DNA from: Candidatus Latescibacterota bacterium
GTDB lineage: Bacteria; Latescibacterota; UBA2968; UBA8231
Length of the DNA stretch: 64,000 bases
Assembly (NCBI GenBank): GCA_965242865.1
Contig: CBDETK010000013.1
Coordinates: 4,480,001 to 4,544,000 of the forward strand
Direction of reading: 5' to 3'
This document shows, piece after piece, positions 37,657 to 46,929 of the stretch; position 1 is the stretch's first letter; each line of letters opens with the position of its first letter. The translations under genes and the position numbers were made by a program. The notes beneath the pieces are model-generated. The model saw only the letters and a list, made by a program, of their open reading frames with translations, made no database searches and was not told where the DNA came from.

Positions 37657-37970
37657 TATTTTAGGGTCGAGTAGGGCAACGCTTTCATCACGCGCACCTC
37701 CCGGCGGCGGATTAGCGGCCGGATCTGATCGACGATTTTGGCCCATTCCGGGCTGGCGTAGTACTCGTCAATGGCCTTGGCGCGGGCCTTGGCGTTGGGG
37801 AAGGCGCGAATCCATATAAACTCGTCGTCGCGGTCGGGGTTTTCCCACGCGGCGACAAACGTCACGCCGTACTGGGCCATAAAGCGGCGCGCCTTGGCAA
37901 AGCCGGCGAGGAACTTCTTCTTGTTGTCGGCTCCCTTGTGGAAGCGGTAGATGCGCAATTCGTAGATCAT
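37656..37970 (-). CDS. NIPSNAP family protein
   Basis: MIYELRIY...FIWIRAF...YASPEW...LPYSTLK. Confidence 0.85.
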   Translation of the reverse strand: MIYELRIYRFHKGADNKKKFLAGFAKARRFMAQYGVTFVAAWENPDRDDEFIWIRAFPNAKARAKAIDEYYASPEWAKIVDQIRPLIRRREVRVMKALPYSTLK

Positions 37971-38575
37971 GCTCTCTCTTCCTGATAAATGGAGGTTTCG
38001 GCGACGACCATGTCCACGGGCACATCGTGCGGCTCGCCGGGAATGCGGTCTAGGACTAGCGCGTCGTAGCACAGCCCTATTTTGACCGTTTGCACTTGCG
38101 CTAGAAAGCGGTCGTAGTAGCCTCGGCCGCGGCCGAGGCGGTGGCCGCGCCGGTCAAAGGCAAGGCCCGGTACGACGACCAAATCGATCCGGGCTTTTGC
38201 GGGCAGCCAACGGGCCGTGGCCGGGTCGGGCTGCGCCAGCCCCCAAGGGCCAGCGACGAGCTGATCTAGGCCGTCAATTAGCGCGTGGCCCATCGTCTTC
38301 GCGCTCGGCATCACCACCGGCACGGCCACGCGCTTGCCCTGCGCTAGGCAGGTGCGGATCAAGGCACGGGTATTGACCTCGTTTTCCTTGCTGGAGACAT
38401 AGGTGTGGACGAGCTGCGCTCGGCGGTACGCCTCCAGCCCCAAGACCTTCTCTAGTATCGCCTGCCCGCCGACTTCCACTTGGGCGCGATCTAAACAGAG
38501 GTACGCCGCGAGGACGCGCTTCCTGAGCCGTTTTTTGTGGACGCACGTCGCCTCCTTCTTCGCAAGTGGCATCAT
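37967..38575 (-). CDS. 5-formyltetrahydrofolate cyclo-ligase
   Basis: DLVVVPGLAFDRRGHRLGRGRGYYDR and EPHDVPVD. Confidence 0.95.
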   Translation of the reverse strand: MMPLAKKEATCVHKKRLRKRVLAAYLCLDRAQVEVGGQAILEKVLGLEAYRRAQLVHTYVSSKENEVNTRALIRTCLAQGKRVAVPVVMPSAKTMGHALIDGLDQLVAGPWGLAQPDPATARWLPAKARIDLVVVPGLAFDRRGHRLGRGRGYYDRFLAQVQTVKIGLCYDALVLDRIPGEPHDVPVDMVVAETSIYQEERA

Positions 38576-38593
38576 ACTGGCCTCTAGGGTTGC

Positions 38594-38622
38594 TTGACGA
38601 ATATGAGCCTTTCCCCTAAACT
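38594..38622 (+). promoter_or_regulatory. sigma70-type promoter for uppS operon
   Basis: TTGACG, 17 bp spacer, TAAACT. Confidence 0.6.
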
Positions 38623-38723
38623 AATCAAGTTGAACGCAGCCTTGTTTTTTTAAGGCGAGACGCACCCGAATGGCCGTGGATCGCTGCCGCAGCAACCCAC
38701 CGAATCATCCTTATCATCTTATT

Positions 38724-39530
38724 ATGAGTGCTCAGGATCTGCCGCTAGAAATTTCTCCCCGCGAATACCACCCAGTAAAACCCCTCAATCCCGAAGAGGA
38801 CTTCCGCATCCAGCAGTGCCTCAAGGAGGATGGGAACCTGCCTCAACACATTGCCATCATCATGGACGGCGATCGGCGCTGGGCGGTCGAGCGCAACTTG
38901 CCCAAAACCGAAGGGCATCGCTTTGGCCGCGAGTCTGTGCGCGACATTGTCCGCGCCTGCGGCCAGTTGCAAATCGAGGCTCTGACCCTGTACACCTTCT
39001 CGACCGAGAACTGGTCTCGGCCCGAAGCAGAAGTAGCAGAGCTGATGCAGTGGCTGCACGAGTCGTTGCGCGACGAAGTGTCCGAACTCCACGAAAACAA
39101 CGTATCTCTCAACGCCATAGGTCGCACCGATGCGTTGTCGCCAACCATCCAATTGGCTCTAGAGCACGCCCTCGCTCAGACCAAGGACAACACCGGCCTC
39201 AAGCTCAACTTGGCCCTCAACTACGGGGGCCGCAGCGAGCTGGTAGATGCCTTCCGCAAGCTGGCGGCCGAAGTGGTGGCCGGCCGGCTCGCCCTAGACG
39301 ACATCGACGAGGACCAAATCAGCGGTGCCCTCTATACGGCGAACTTGCCCGACCCGGATTTGTTAATCCGCACCAGCGGCGAAATGCGGCTGAGCAACTT
39401 CCTCCCGTGGCAAATGGTCTATACCGAAATTTGCTTTGTCGGCGATGTGCATTGGCCCGATTTTCGCCGCCAGCACCTCTACCAAGCCATTGCCGCTTAT
39501 CAACAACGCCAGAGGCGCTTTGGCGGCTGA
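38724..39530 (+). CDS. uppS: undecaprenyl diphosphate synthase
   Basis: HIAIIMDG, FSTENWSRP, NYGGR, DLLIRTSGEMRLSNF. Confidence 0.95.
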   Translation: MSAQDLPLEISPREYHPVKPLNPEEDFRIQQCLKEDGNLPQHIAIIMDGDRRWAVERNLPKTEGHRFGRESVRDIVRACGQLQIEALTLYTFSTENWSRPEAEVAELMQWLHESLRDEVSELHENNVSLNAIGRTDALSPTIQLALEHALAQTKDNTGLKLNLALNYGGRSELVDAFRKLAAEVVAGRLALDDIDEDQISGALYTANLPDPDLLIRTSGEMRLSNFLPWQMVYTEICFVGDVHWPDFRRQHLYQAIAAYQQRQRRFGG

Positions 39531-40356
39531 CGCAGCAGCAGAGGCTTCCGGCCTGCGAAAGCGCGTCCTCGCAGCGGCCGTATTCGTGCCGGTGATCCTA
39601 CTGCTGGTTGAAGGGGCAAGCTGGGCACTCTTCCTCTTGGTGTTGGCCGTGGCAGCGCGCTGCTCATGGGAATACCACCACATCCTAGAGGCGGCTGGCT
39701 ACCGACCCATCCGCCTGCCCGGCAGCTTGTTGGCCTTGGGTCTGTGCAGCTACTTCTGGCGACAGGGCGCGGGCGACGACCTCGCGGCGTTGCTGATGGC
39801 AGCCATCTTGCTGATTGTGGTGTGGGCCTTGTTCAAGGGCCCGGAGCGTTATGCGGCCAACGCCTTTCTGACGTTGGGTGGGGTGCTCTTCTTCGGGGTC
39901 TTGGGCAGCGTACCGTTGCTGCTTTTTCAAGTGGCTGGGGCCGGCGAGGAAGCTCGCCGCTTGGTGGCCGTGCTCTTTCTCTGCATCTGGCTGACGGACT
40001 CCGGGGCGTACTTCAGCGGTCGGTTTTGGGGCCGAGCCAAGCTGGCACCGGCGATCAGCCCCAAGAAGACGAGGGTCGGGTGCATCGGCGGCGTAGTTGG
40101 CAGCACCCTTCCCATGCCCTTGGGCTTTCTGCTGCCCTCCTTTTCTACGGCGTCGCTGCTGGGGCTTTTGCTCGTCGCGGGCATTGGGGCGCAGGTGGGC
40201 GACTTGGTGGAATCGGCCTTTAAGCGCGACATGGGCGTCAAGGACGCCCCGGTGCTAATCCCAGGCCACGGCGGCCTACTCGACCGCTTTGATTCCTATT
40301 TTTTGGCCTTTCCGCTGGCGTATCTCTACGTAGATGTGCTGGCTGTTTTTTCTTGA
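39520..40356 (+). CDS. cdsA: phosphatidate cytidylyltransferase
   Basis: DSGAYFSG, ISPKKT, GDLVESAFKRDMGVKD...IPGHGGLLDRFDS. Confidence 0.95.
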   Translation: MAADAAAEASGLRKRVLAAAVFVPVILLLVEGASWALFLLVLAVAARCSWEYHHILEAAGYRPIRLPGSLLALGLCSYFWRQGAGDDLAALLMAAILLIVVWALFKGPERYAANAFLTLGGVLFFGVLGSVPLLLFQVAGAGEEARRLVAVLFLCIWLTDSGAYFSGRFWGRAKLAPAISPKKTRVGCIGGVVGSTLPMPLGFLLPSFSTASLLGLLLVAGIGAQVGDLVESAFKRDMGVKDAPVLIPGHGGLLDRFDSYFLAFPLAYLYVDVLAVFS

Positions 40357-40367
40357 GGTGAATTAGA

Positions 40368-41678
40368 ATGCTCGATACCCTCACTACCATTGCCTCGTTT
40401 CTCATTGCCCTAGGCGTCTTGGTTTTCGTCCACGAACTAGGGCACTTCCTAGTCGCCAAGTGGGCGGGCATTCGCGTCGAGCGGTTCTCCTTGGGCTTCC
40501 CTCCCAAAATGATCGGCTTTACCTACGGCGAAACCGAGTACTGCATCTCTTGGGTCCCCTTTGGCGGGTACGTCAAGGTCGCTGGCATGGCCGATGTAGG
40601 CTCCGAGGAAACCACCGGCGCACCTTGGGAATATCCCTCTAAGTCGGTGGGGATCCGCATGGCGGTCATTGCGGCCGGCCCGGCCATGAACTTCCTCTTC
40701 GCCTTCGCGGCCTTAGTTTTCCTCTTCAGCTTTTATGGAATTGACACCTTCGACAGCACCCGCGTCTCCCCCCAAGAGAATTCGCTCGCCGCAGAGGTCG
40801 GTCTGGCGCATGGCGATCGCGTCCGCACTGTAGGGGGTACGCCCGTCGGCAATGCCTACGAGTTGGCCAGTGCCTTGGACGAGAGCGCCAGCCGCGGCGT
40901 CGCCCTTGAAGTCGAGCGCGACGGCGTCCTCTTCGCGTTCAACCTGCCGCCCGCGGGCGACGAAGGCTACGGCGTCCAACTAATGCGCCCCACCACGGTG
41001 GGGCAGGTCGTCCCCGGGATGCCGGCCGACAGCCTCGGCTTGCGCCCCGGGGACATCATCCTCGCCGTCGGCCCAGCTCCGGTGGTGAGCTGGGCGGAGA
41101 TGAGCGAGGAAATCCGTCGCTATCCGGGCGAGGCGATCCCGTTGGTTTGGGAACGCGACAGCCAGCGCATGGAGCAGCTCATCACCCCAGCGGCCCACGC
41201 CGAAGGCGACGCGCTGGTGGGCCGCATCGGCATCAACCCTGAGTCCTCGCGCCACACCGTCGGGCTGGGCCGAGCGGTCGTGCTAGGAGGGCTGGGCGTG
41301 TACAATTCCTCTTGGCTGATCCTCGACTTCTTGGGTGAGCTTTTCCAAGGCGACCGCTCAACCGACGAATTGGGCGGCCCGTTGCGCATTGCCCAGCTCG
41401 CCGGGCAGACCGCCCAGCAGGGCTTGCACTCCTTCGTCCACTTCCTCGCCATACTCAGCGTCAACTTGGCGATTATCAACCTCCTGCCCATCCCCGTGCT
41501 CGACGGCGGCCACCTGACCTTCCTCACGCTAGAGGCCGTCATGCGTCGCCCGCTCTCGTCGCGCCAGCGCGAAGTCTTTCAGCAGATCGGCTTGGCCATC
41601 ATGCTGTTGATCATGGTGCTGGTCACGTTCAACGACCTCAATCAGATGGTCTTCCGCCACATCGCGGAGATGTTCTAG
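40368..41678 (+). CDS. rseP: RIP metalloprotease RseP
   Basis: HELGH, AGPAMN, two PDZ-like domains, NLLPIPVLDGGH. Confidence 0.95.
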   Translation: MLDTLTTIASFLIALGVLVFVHELGHFLVAKWAGIRVERFSLGFPPKMIGFTYGETEYCISWVPFGGYVKVAGMADVGSEETTGAPWEYPSKSVGIRMAVIAAGPAMNFLFAFAALVFLFSFYGIDTFDSTRVSPQENSLAAEVGLAHGDRVRTVGGTPVGNAYELASALDESASRGVALEVERDGVLFAFNLPPAGDEGYGVQLMRPTTVGQVVPGMPADSLGLRPGDIILAVGPAPVVSWAEMSEEIRRYPGEAIPLVWERDSQRMEQLITPAAHAEGDALVGRIGINPESSRHTVGLGRAVVLGGLGVYNSSWLILDFLGELFQGDRSTDELGGPLRIAQLAGQTAQQGLHSFVHFLAILSVNLAIINLLPIPVLDGGHLTFLTLEAVMRRPLSSRQREVFQQIGLAIMLLIMVLVTFNDLNQMVFRHIAEMF

Positions 41679-41707
41679 TCGCTTGGTAGCTGCTTGGGCG
41701 GCCCGGC

Positions 41708-42820
41708 ATGTCGCTGACCGAACAAATCCGCCAGAAGGCCCGCGCCCTGGGCTTTACCGCGGTCGGCTTTGCCCCGGCCGACCCGTTAGAAGGGGCCGAG
41801 TTTTACGCCCGCTGGGTGGCCTTGGGCTACGCTGGCCAGATGCACTACCTCAAACGCCACCTCGACAAACGCGCGGATCCGCGCCGCATGGTCCCCGGCG
41901 CCCAGACCGCCATCTGCCTCGGCATGGATTACTACCAGCCCACGCCGGCCGCCTCCGATCCCCTGCGCGGTCAAATCGCTTGTTACGCCCGCGGCGACGA
42001 CTACCACGACCTCGTCAAAAAGCGCTTGGCGGCTCTGTGGGATTTCGTGCTCGCCGAAGCTGGAGCGCAGACGCAAGGCCGCTATTTTGTCGATACGGCC
42101 CCCGTCCTAGAGCGCGAACTCGCCCAGCGGGCGGGCTTGGGTTGGTGGGGTAAAAACACCTGCCTGATCGACAAGCGCCGCGGTTCTTACTTCTTCTTGG
42201 CCGAAATCATCACCGACCTCAAGCTCGACTACGACGAACCCGCCCCAGACCACTGCGGCACCTGCACGCGCTGCTTGGACGCCTGCCCCACCGACGCCTT
42301 TCCCGCGCCCTACGTGCTCGACGCCCAGCGCTGTATCTCCTATCTCAACATCGAGCTCAAGGGGCCGATTCCCCGCGACCTGCGCCCAAGCATGGGTCAA
42401 TGGATTTTTGGCTGCGACGTCTGTCAAGAGGTGTGCCCTTGGAACCGCAAGGCCGAGCCGGCGTCAGAGCCAGCGTACCAGAGCCGAACCGGCCTCAGCA
42501 GCCCGGCGCTCCTCGACCTGATCCAACTCGACCGCGAAGCCTTCAACGCCCTGTTTCGCCGCAGCCCGGTCAAGCGCCCCAAACGCCGCGGCTTTTTACG
42601 CAACGTCGCCGTGGCCTTGGGCAATTCGGGCACACCGGCCGCCGTGCCAGCCTTGATCAGAGCACTCGACGATGAAGAGCCGCTAGTGCGCGGCCACGTG
42701 GCTTGGGCGCTGGGTCAACTCGGGGGCGATGCGGCAAAAGGGGCGTTGGAACGACGCTTGGAAATAGAAGAAGATGCGGAAGTAATAGGGGAGCTAAAAG
42801 ACGCGCTGGCCGCGCAGTAA
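41708..42820 (+). CDS. queG: tRNA epoxyqueuosine reductase
   Basis: YARGDDYH, VDTAPVLER, CGTCTRCLDACPT, FGCDVCQEVCPWN, HEAT tail. Confidence 0.95.
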   Translation: MSLTEQIRQKARALGFTAVGFAPADPLEGAEFYARWVALGYAGQMHYLKRHLDKRADPRRMVPGAQTAICLGMDYYQPTPAASDPLRGQIACYARGDDYHDLVKKRLAALWDFVLAEAGAQTQGRYFVDTAPVLERELAQRAGLGWWGKNTCLIDKRRGSYFFLAEIITDLKLDYDEPAPDHCGTCTRCLDACPTDAFPAPYVLDAQRCISYLNIELKGPIPRDLRPSMGQWIFGCDVCQEVCPWNRKAEPASEPAYQSRTGLSSPALLDLIQLDREAFNALFRRSPVKRPKRRGFLRNVAVALGNSGTPAAVPALIRALDDEEPLVRGHVAWALGQLGGDAAKGALERRLEIEEDAEVIGELKDALAAQ

Positions 42821-42824
42821 TCCC

Positions 42825-43748
42825 TCACTCGGCGAACAGGGCGCGGGCAAACGCCGCCCCGTCAAACGGCTGCAAATCGTCCACGCCTTCGCCCACTCCA
42901 ATCAGCTTCACCGGCAGGTTCATCTGACGCCGCAGCGCGACGACGATCCCGCCCTTAGCTGTCCCGTCTAGCTTGGTCAGCACGAGCCCGGTCAGTTCGG
43001 TGGCTTGGTTGAATGCGGTCGCCTGCGACAGGGCGTTTTGGCCGCTGGTCCCGTCGAGCACCAGCAAGGTTTCGTGCGGGGCCGCTGGGTCTTGCTTGGC
43101 CAGCGAGCGGCGGATCTTTTTGAGTTCCTCCATCAAGTTGACCTTGTTGTGCAAGCGGCCGGCCGTATCGACCAACAGCACGTCGGCCCCGCGCGACTTG
43201 GCCGCAGCGAGCGCGTCAAAGGCCACAGCGGCCGGGTCGGCCCCGCGCTGCGTCCGTACCAGGTCGGCCCCAGCGCGTTCCGCCCAGATGGCGAGCTGTG
43301 GAATGGCCGCGGCCCGGAACGTGTCGCCAGCCGCGAGCACCACCTTCTTGCCAGCATCGGCATAGCGTTTGGCCAGCTTGCCGGCCGTCGTCGTCTTGCC
43401 GCTGCCATTGACGCCGACGATCAGCACGACAAACGGCTTGCCCGGCAGCTCGCCGGCTAGGGGCAGGGCCGCGCCGTTGCCGAGGGCCATCATCGCGGCT
43501 ACTTGCTCCTCCAACACCTGCATCACCTCGGCTGGCCCGCCTGCCACCTGCCCGCGCCGGAGCCGCTCGCGCAGCGAATCGACGAGTTCGGTGGCCGTCT
43601 CCAGCCCCATATCAGCGCCGATCAGCGCGGCCTCAATATCGTCAATCGCATCGTCGTCCAAGCGAGGGTTGCCCGTGATCGCATCGGTCATTGCCTGCCG
43701 CGTCCGCGCCAACCCCTGCTTTACTTTATCAAAAAATTTGCCCAGCAT
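42825..43748 (-). CDS. ftsY: signal recognition particle receptor
   Basis: [33 protein letters not shown]. Confidence 0.97.
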   Translation of the reverse strand: MLGKFFDKVKQGLARTRQAMTDAITGNPRLDDDAIDDIEAALIGADMGLETATELVDSLRERLRRGQVAGGPAEVMQVLEEQVAAMMALGNGAALPLAGELPGKPFVVLIVGVNGSGKTTTAGKLAKRYADAGKKVVLAAGDTFRAAAIPQLAIWAERAGADLVRTQRGADPAAVAFDALAAAKSRGADVLLVDTAGRLHNKVNLMEELKKIRRSLAKQDPAAPHETLLVLDGTSGQNALSQATAFNQATELTGLVLTKLDGTAKGGIVVALRRQMNLPVKLIGVGEGVDDLQPFDGAAFARALFAE

Positions 43749-43778
43749 GGCTTTTGTCCTTCGGGTTGAATAAACCCC

Positions 43779-43900
43779 CTGTCTGAAAACCCACCGCGCA
43801 TCATGTTGAACAAACCGTACTGTCTGAAAACCCACCGCGCATCATGTTGAACAAACCGCGACTGTCTGAAAACCCACCGCGCATCATGTTGAACAAACCG
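43779..43900 (+). repeat. three tandem 41-42 bp repeats
   Basis: CTGTCTGAAAACCCACCGCGCATCATGTTGAACAAACCG at 43779, 43820 and 43862. Confidence 0.95.
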
Positions 43901-44004
43901 TAGGGGGCCAGCCCCCGTGCTGGCCCCGTCCTCCGTGCTGGCCCCCGTCCTCCGTGCTGGCCCCCGTCCTCCGTGCTGGCCCCCGTCCTCCGTGCTGGCC
44001 CCCG
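43900..44004 (+). repeat. GTAG-type REP-like hairpin with 19-bp tandem expansion
   Basis: GTAG-GGGGCCAGC-ccccgt-GCTGGCCCC, followed by CCGTGCTGGCCCCCGTCCT about five times. Confidence 0.85.
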
Positions 44005-44253
44005 CCCCCCATCTCGCCCTCCGTCCCAGCCTCCATCATTCGCAAATAATTTTAAGGCGTAAAGAATATAAATTCATTCCGACTGCGAGATCGTCGCGCC
44101 CCGAATAGTTACATAATTGTAGTATATCATATCGCCAATTCTGAGAATGAATGATTGACCAAAAAGTAATTCATCTATACCTTATATGCTTTCACTGGCG
44201 CAAGGAAGTTAAATAATTATAACCCATTTTTCCCTAAGAAGGAGAAAAATTCC

Positions 44254-46833
44254 ATGAAAAAGCTCCTATCTGCCTTTGGCCTTTCGGCGCTGCTCTCTGT
44301 GATCTGGGCGGCTGAGGCCATGGCCCAAGGTGCAATGGAGGAGGAAGAGACCGCCGCCGAAGAGATGGCCTCGGCCGAAGCGGGAATGCTCGAAGGGGTC
44401 GTAGAGCTCGAAGAGCAGGTGGTGACCGGGGCTCGGCAACCGCGCTCGGTAACGGATTCGGCCGTGCCGGTCGACGTCGTCCGCGGCGAAGATTTCATCA
44501 AGCAAGGCGGCACAGACCTGCCCGACCTGCTGAGAAATATCGCGCCCTCCTTCAACGTCAACACCCAGCCGATCAGCGATGCGGCCACTGTCGTCCGGCC
44601 AGCGAGTCTGCGCAACCTTGCGCCCGACCATACGCTGGTGCTGGTCAATGGCAAGCGTCGCCATCGCTCTGCGGTAATCACTTGGCTCGGCAACGGGATC
44701 GCCGATGGCTCACAGGGGCCGGACATTTCCCCGATCCCGGCTATCGCGCTCAAGCGGGTGGAAGTGCTGCGCGACGGAGCCTCGGCTCAGTACGGGTCCG
44801 ACGCCATTGCCGGGGTGATGAACTTCCAACTGAAAGACAGTTACCGGGGCGGGTCTATCGAGATCAAGCCCGGCATTTTCCAAGAAGGCGATGGGTTCAC
44901 GTACAGTGCCGCCGGCAATCTCGGCTTGGGCACTGAGCAGTACTGGGCCAACCTCAGCTTGGAGTACGGCAACGCCGACGAGACCGTCCGCTCCTACCAG
45001 CGGCAAGACGCCATTGACCTGATCGAAGCGGGCAATACCGATGTGGCCGATCCCGCTCAACGCTGGGGGCAACCCTTCATCAGAAACGATGTCAAGTTCT
45101 TCGCCAACTACGGCGCCGGCCTGACCGACAACATTAAGCTCTACGGCCACGCCAACTACGCCAGCAAGGAAGTGGAAGGCGGGTTCTACTTCCGCAATCC
45201 AAACACGCGGGGTTCCGTGTTCAGTGCGGACGGCGGCCAGACCTTGCTTATTGGCGATCTGGACGGCGTGGGTGTCGGCGAAGAGTGCCCCACGGTGACG
45301 GTCACCGACGCTAAGCCAGACCAAGATGCTTTGGCCGAGGTTTTTAGCGACGACAATTGCTTCACCTTCCAAGAATCCCAAGACGGCCAATGGCCGGGCC
45401 GGCCGGGTGGCTTTACGCCCCGCTTTGGTGCCGACACGGTCGATCGCTCGGTTTTGTTGGGCATTAAGGGAACGATCGCCGACCCGACGATCACTTGGGA
45501 CCTCAGCGCTTCCAACGGTCGCCATCACGCCGACTTCTTCATCTTTAATACGGTGAACGCCTCGTTGGGGCCTGACTCGCCGACTTCGTTCAATCCGGGC
45601 GACTACATCCAGTTGGACACTAATTTGAACCTCGACCTTACCTTCCCGGTCAACGACCAGTTGTTCCTCGCGGCCGGTGCTGAGTATCGCACCGAAGAGT
45701 TTGAAATCGTGGCGGGCGACCAAGCGTCTTGGGAAATCGGCCCGTTGGCCGAGCAGGGGTTTAGCTCGGGGTCCAATGGTTTTTCTGGATTCCCCGACAT
45801 TGCTGCCGGCACTTGGAGCCGCTCCAATTCTGCCTTTTATGTCGAGGCCGAGCTCGATGCACTTGAAAACTGGTTGCTCGTCGGTGCAGTGCGCTACGAA
45901 AACTTCGACGATTTCGGCAGCACCACCAATTACAAGCTGGCGACCAACTACGGCCTCAGCGACGACCTGAAACTGCGCGGCAGTTATAGCACCGGCTTCA
46001 GAGCACCGACGCCTGGGCAGCAGAATGCCTTCAACGTATCGACGCAGTTCGATCTGGTCCTGAACGACTTGGTAAACAACGGCACCATTCCTTCGACCAA
46101 CCCGGTCGCCGAATTGGTGGGCGGCAAGCCGCTCGAAGCTGAAAAATCGACCAACTTTACGGCGGGCATTGTCGCCGACATGTCTGAGGCCAACCTCACA
46201 GTGGACTACTTCGACATCCGGGTCAAAGATCGCCTCACCCTCTCTCAGGACTTCGATCTTACAAGCAACCTGACAGAGGCAGAGATCGCAGAGCTCGAGA
46301 ATGGAGAAGTGCCTTACGTGCGCAACTTGGCGAACTTCCGCTACTTCATCAACGATTTCGAGACGGAAACGAAAGGTCTGGACATCGTCCTTACGGTTCC
46401 GGCGGGCAATGGGGAGCTGATCTTCGCCAACAACTTCACGGAAACCGAGGTTACGGACTACAACCCCGAAACCCTTAGTGAAGGCCGCATCAGGGAATTG
46501 GAGGGAAGCCTGCCCACTTACCGCGCCAGTCTAACTCTGACTCAAGCCGTCTCTCCCGAGTTGAATCTCCTCGGGCGCTGGCATTATTACTCCTCTTGGT
46601 TTGATGACGATGATACGGCAACGTACCGGACCGACGGCCATCTGATCGATCTAGAGGCGAGCTATTCACTCGGCAACGGGTTAATGGTCAGTGTCGGCGG
46701 GCAGAATGTCCTCAATACCTATTCGGATGAAAATCCGAACGCCCCCGGAGGCACGGGCAATAAGTACAGCCAGTTTAGCCCCTTCGGGTACAGCGGCGGG
46801 TTCTTGTACGGGAAACTCGGGTACAGCTTCTAG
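44254..46833 (+). CDS. TonB-dependent receptor
   Basis: Signal peptide, VVTGAR, plug motifs (LVLVNGKRR; RVEVLRDGASAQYGSDAIAGVMN), terminal Phe. Confidence 0.95.
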   Translation: MKKLLSAFGLSALLSVIWAAEAMAQGAMEEEETAAEEMASAEAGMLEGVVELEEQVVTGARQPRSVTDSAVPVDVVRGEDFIKQGGTDLPDLLRNIAPSFNVNTQPISDAATVVRPASLRNLAPDHTLVLVNGKRRHRSAVITWLGNGIADGSQGPDISPIPAIALKRVEVLRDGASAQYGSDAIAGVMNFQLKDSYRGGSIEIKPGIFQEGDGFTYSAAGNLGLGTEQYWANLSLEYGNADETVRSYQRQDAIDLIEAGNTDVADPAQRWGQPFIRNDVKFFANYGAGLTDNIKLYGHANYASKEVEGGFYFRNPNTRGSVFSADGGQTLLIGDLDGVGVGEECPTVTVTDAKPDQDALAEVFSDDNCFTFQESQDGQWPGRPGGFTPRFGADTVDRSVLLGIKGTIADPTITWDLSASNGRHHADFFIFNTVNASLGPDSPTSFNPGDYIQLDTNLNLDLTFPVNDQLFLAAGAEYRTEEFEIVAGDQASWEIGPLAEQGFSSGSNGFSGFPDIAAGTWSRSNSAFYVEAELDALENWLLVGAVRYENFDDFGSTTNYKLATNYGLSDDLKLRGSYSTGFRAPTPGQQNAFNVSTQFDLVLNDLVNNGTIPSTNPVAELVGGKPLEAEKSTNFTAGIVADMSEANLTVDYFDIRVKDRLTLSQDFDLTSNLTEAEIAELENGEVPYVRNLANFRYFINDFETETKGLDIVLTVPAGNGELIFANNFTETEVTDYNPETLSEGRIRELEGSLPTYRASLTLTQAVSPELNLLGRWHYYSSWFDDDDTATYRTDGHLIDLEASYSLGNGLMVSVGGQNVLNTYSDENPNAPGGTGNKYSQFSPFGYSGGFLYGKLGYSF

Positions 46834-46865
46834 AAACGCCGAGCAGTCACCCTAGACGTTTTACA

Positions 46866-46910
46866 CAAAAGGTCGAGTGCCTCTCTTTTGGCACTCGGCC
46901 TTTTGCATTT
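46866..46910 (+). terminator. rho-independent (bidirectional-type) terminator
   Basis: CAAAAGGTCGAGTGCC-loop-GGCACTCGGCCTTTTG. Confidence 0.8.
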
Positions 46911-46929
46911 TAACCAGAGGTGAGCAGCG

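Noticed and set aside
38576-38723. 6S RNA, often found upstream of 5-formyl-THF cyclo-ligase
   Set aside because: The gap is short, contains the divergent uppS promoter, and shows no long irregular hairpin.
43779-44004. Possible CRISPR array
   Set aside because: The repeats are head-to-tail with no unique spacers, and no cas genes are present.
44120-44180. Fur box upstream of the TonB receptor
   Set aside because: The region is AT-rich, with only a partial resemblance to GATAATGATAATCATTATC.
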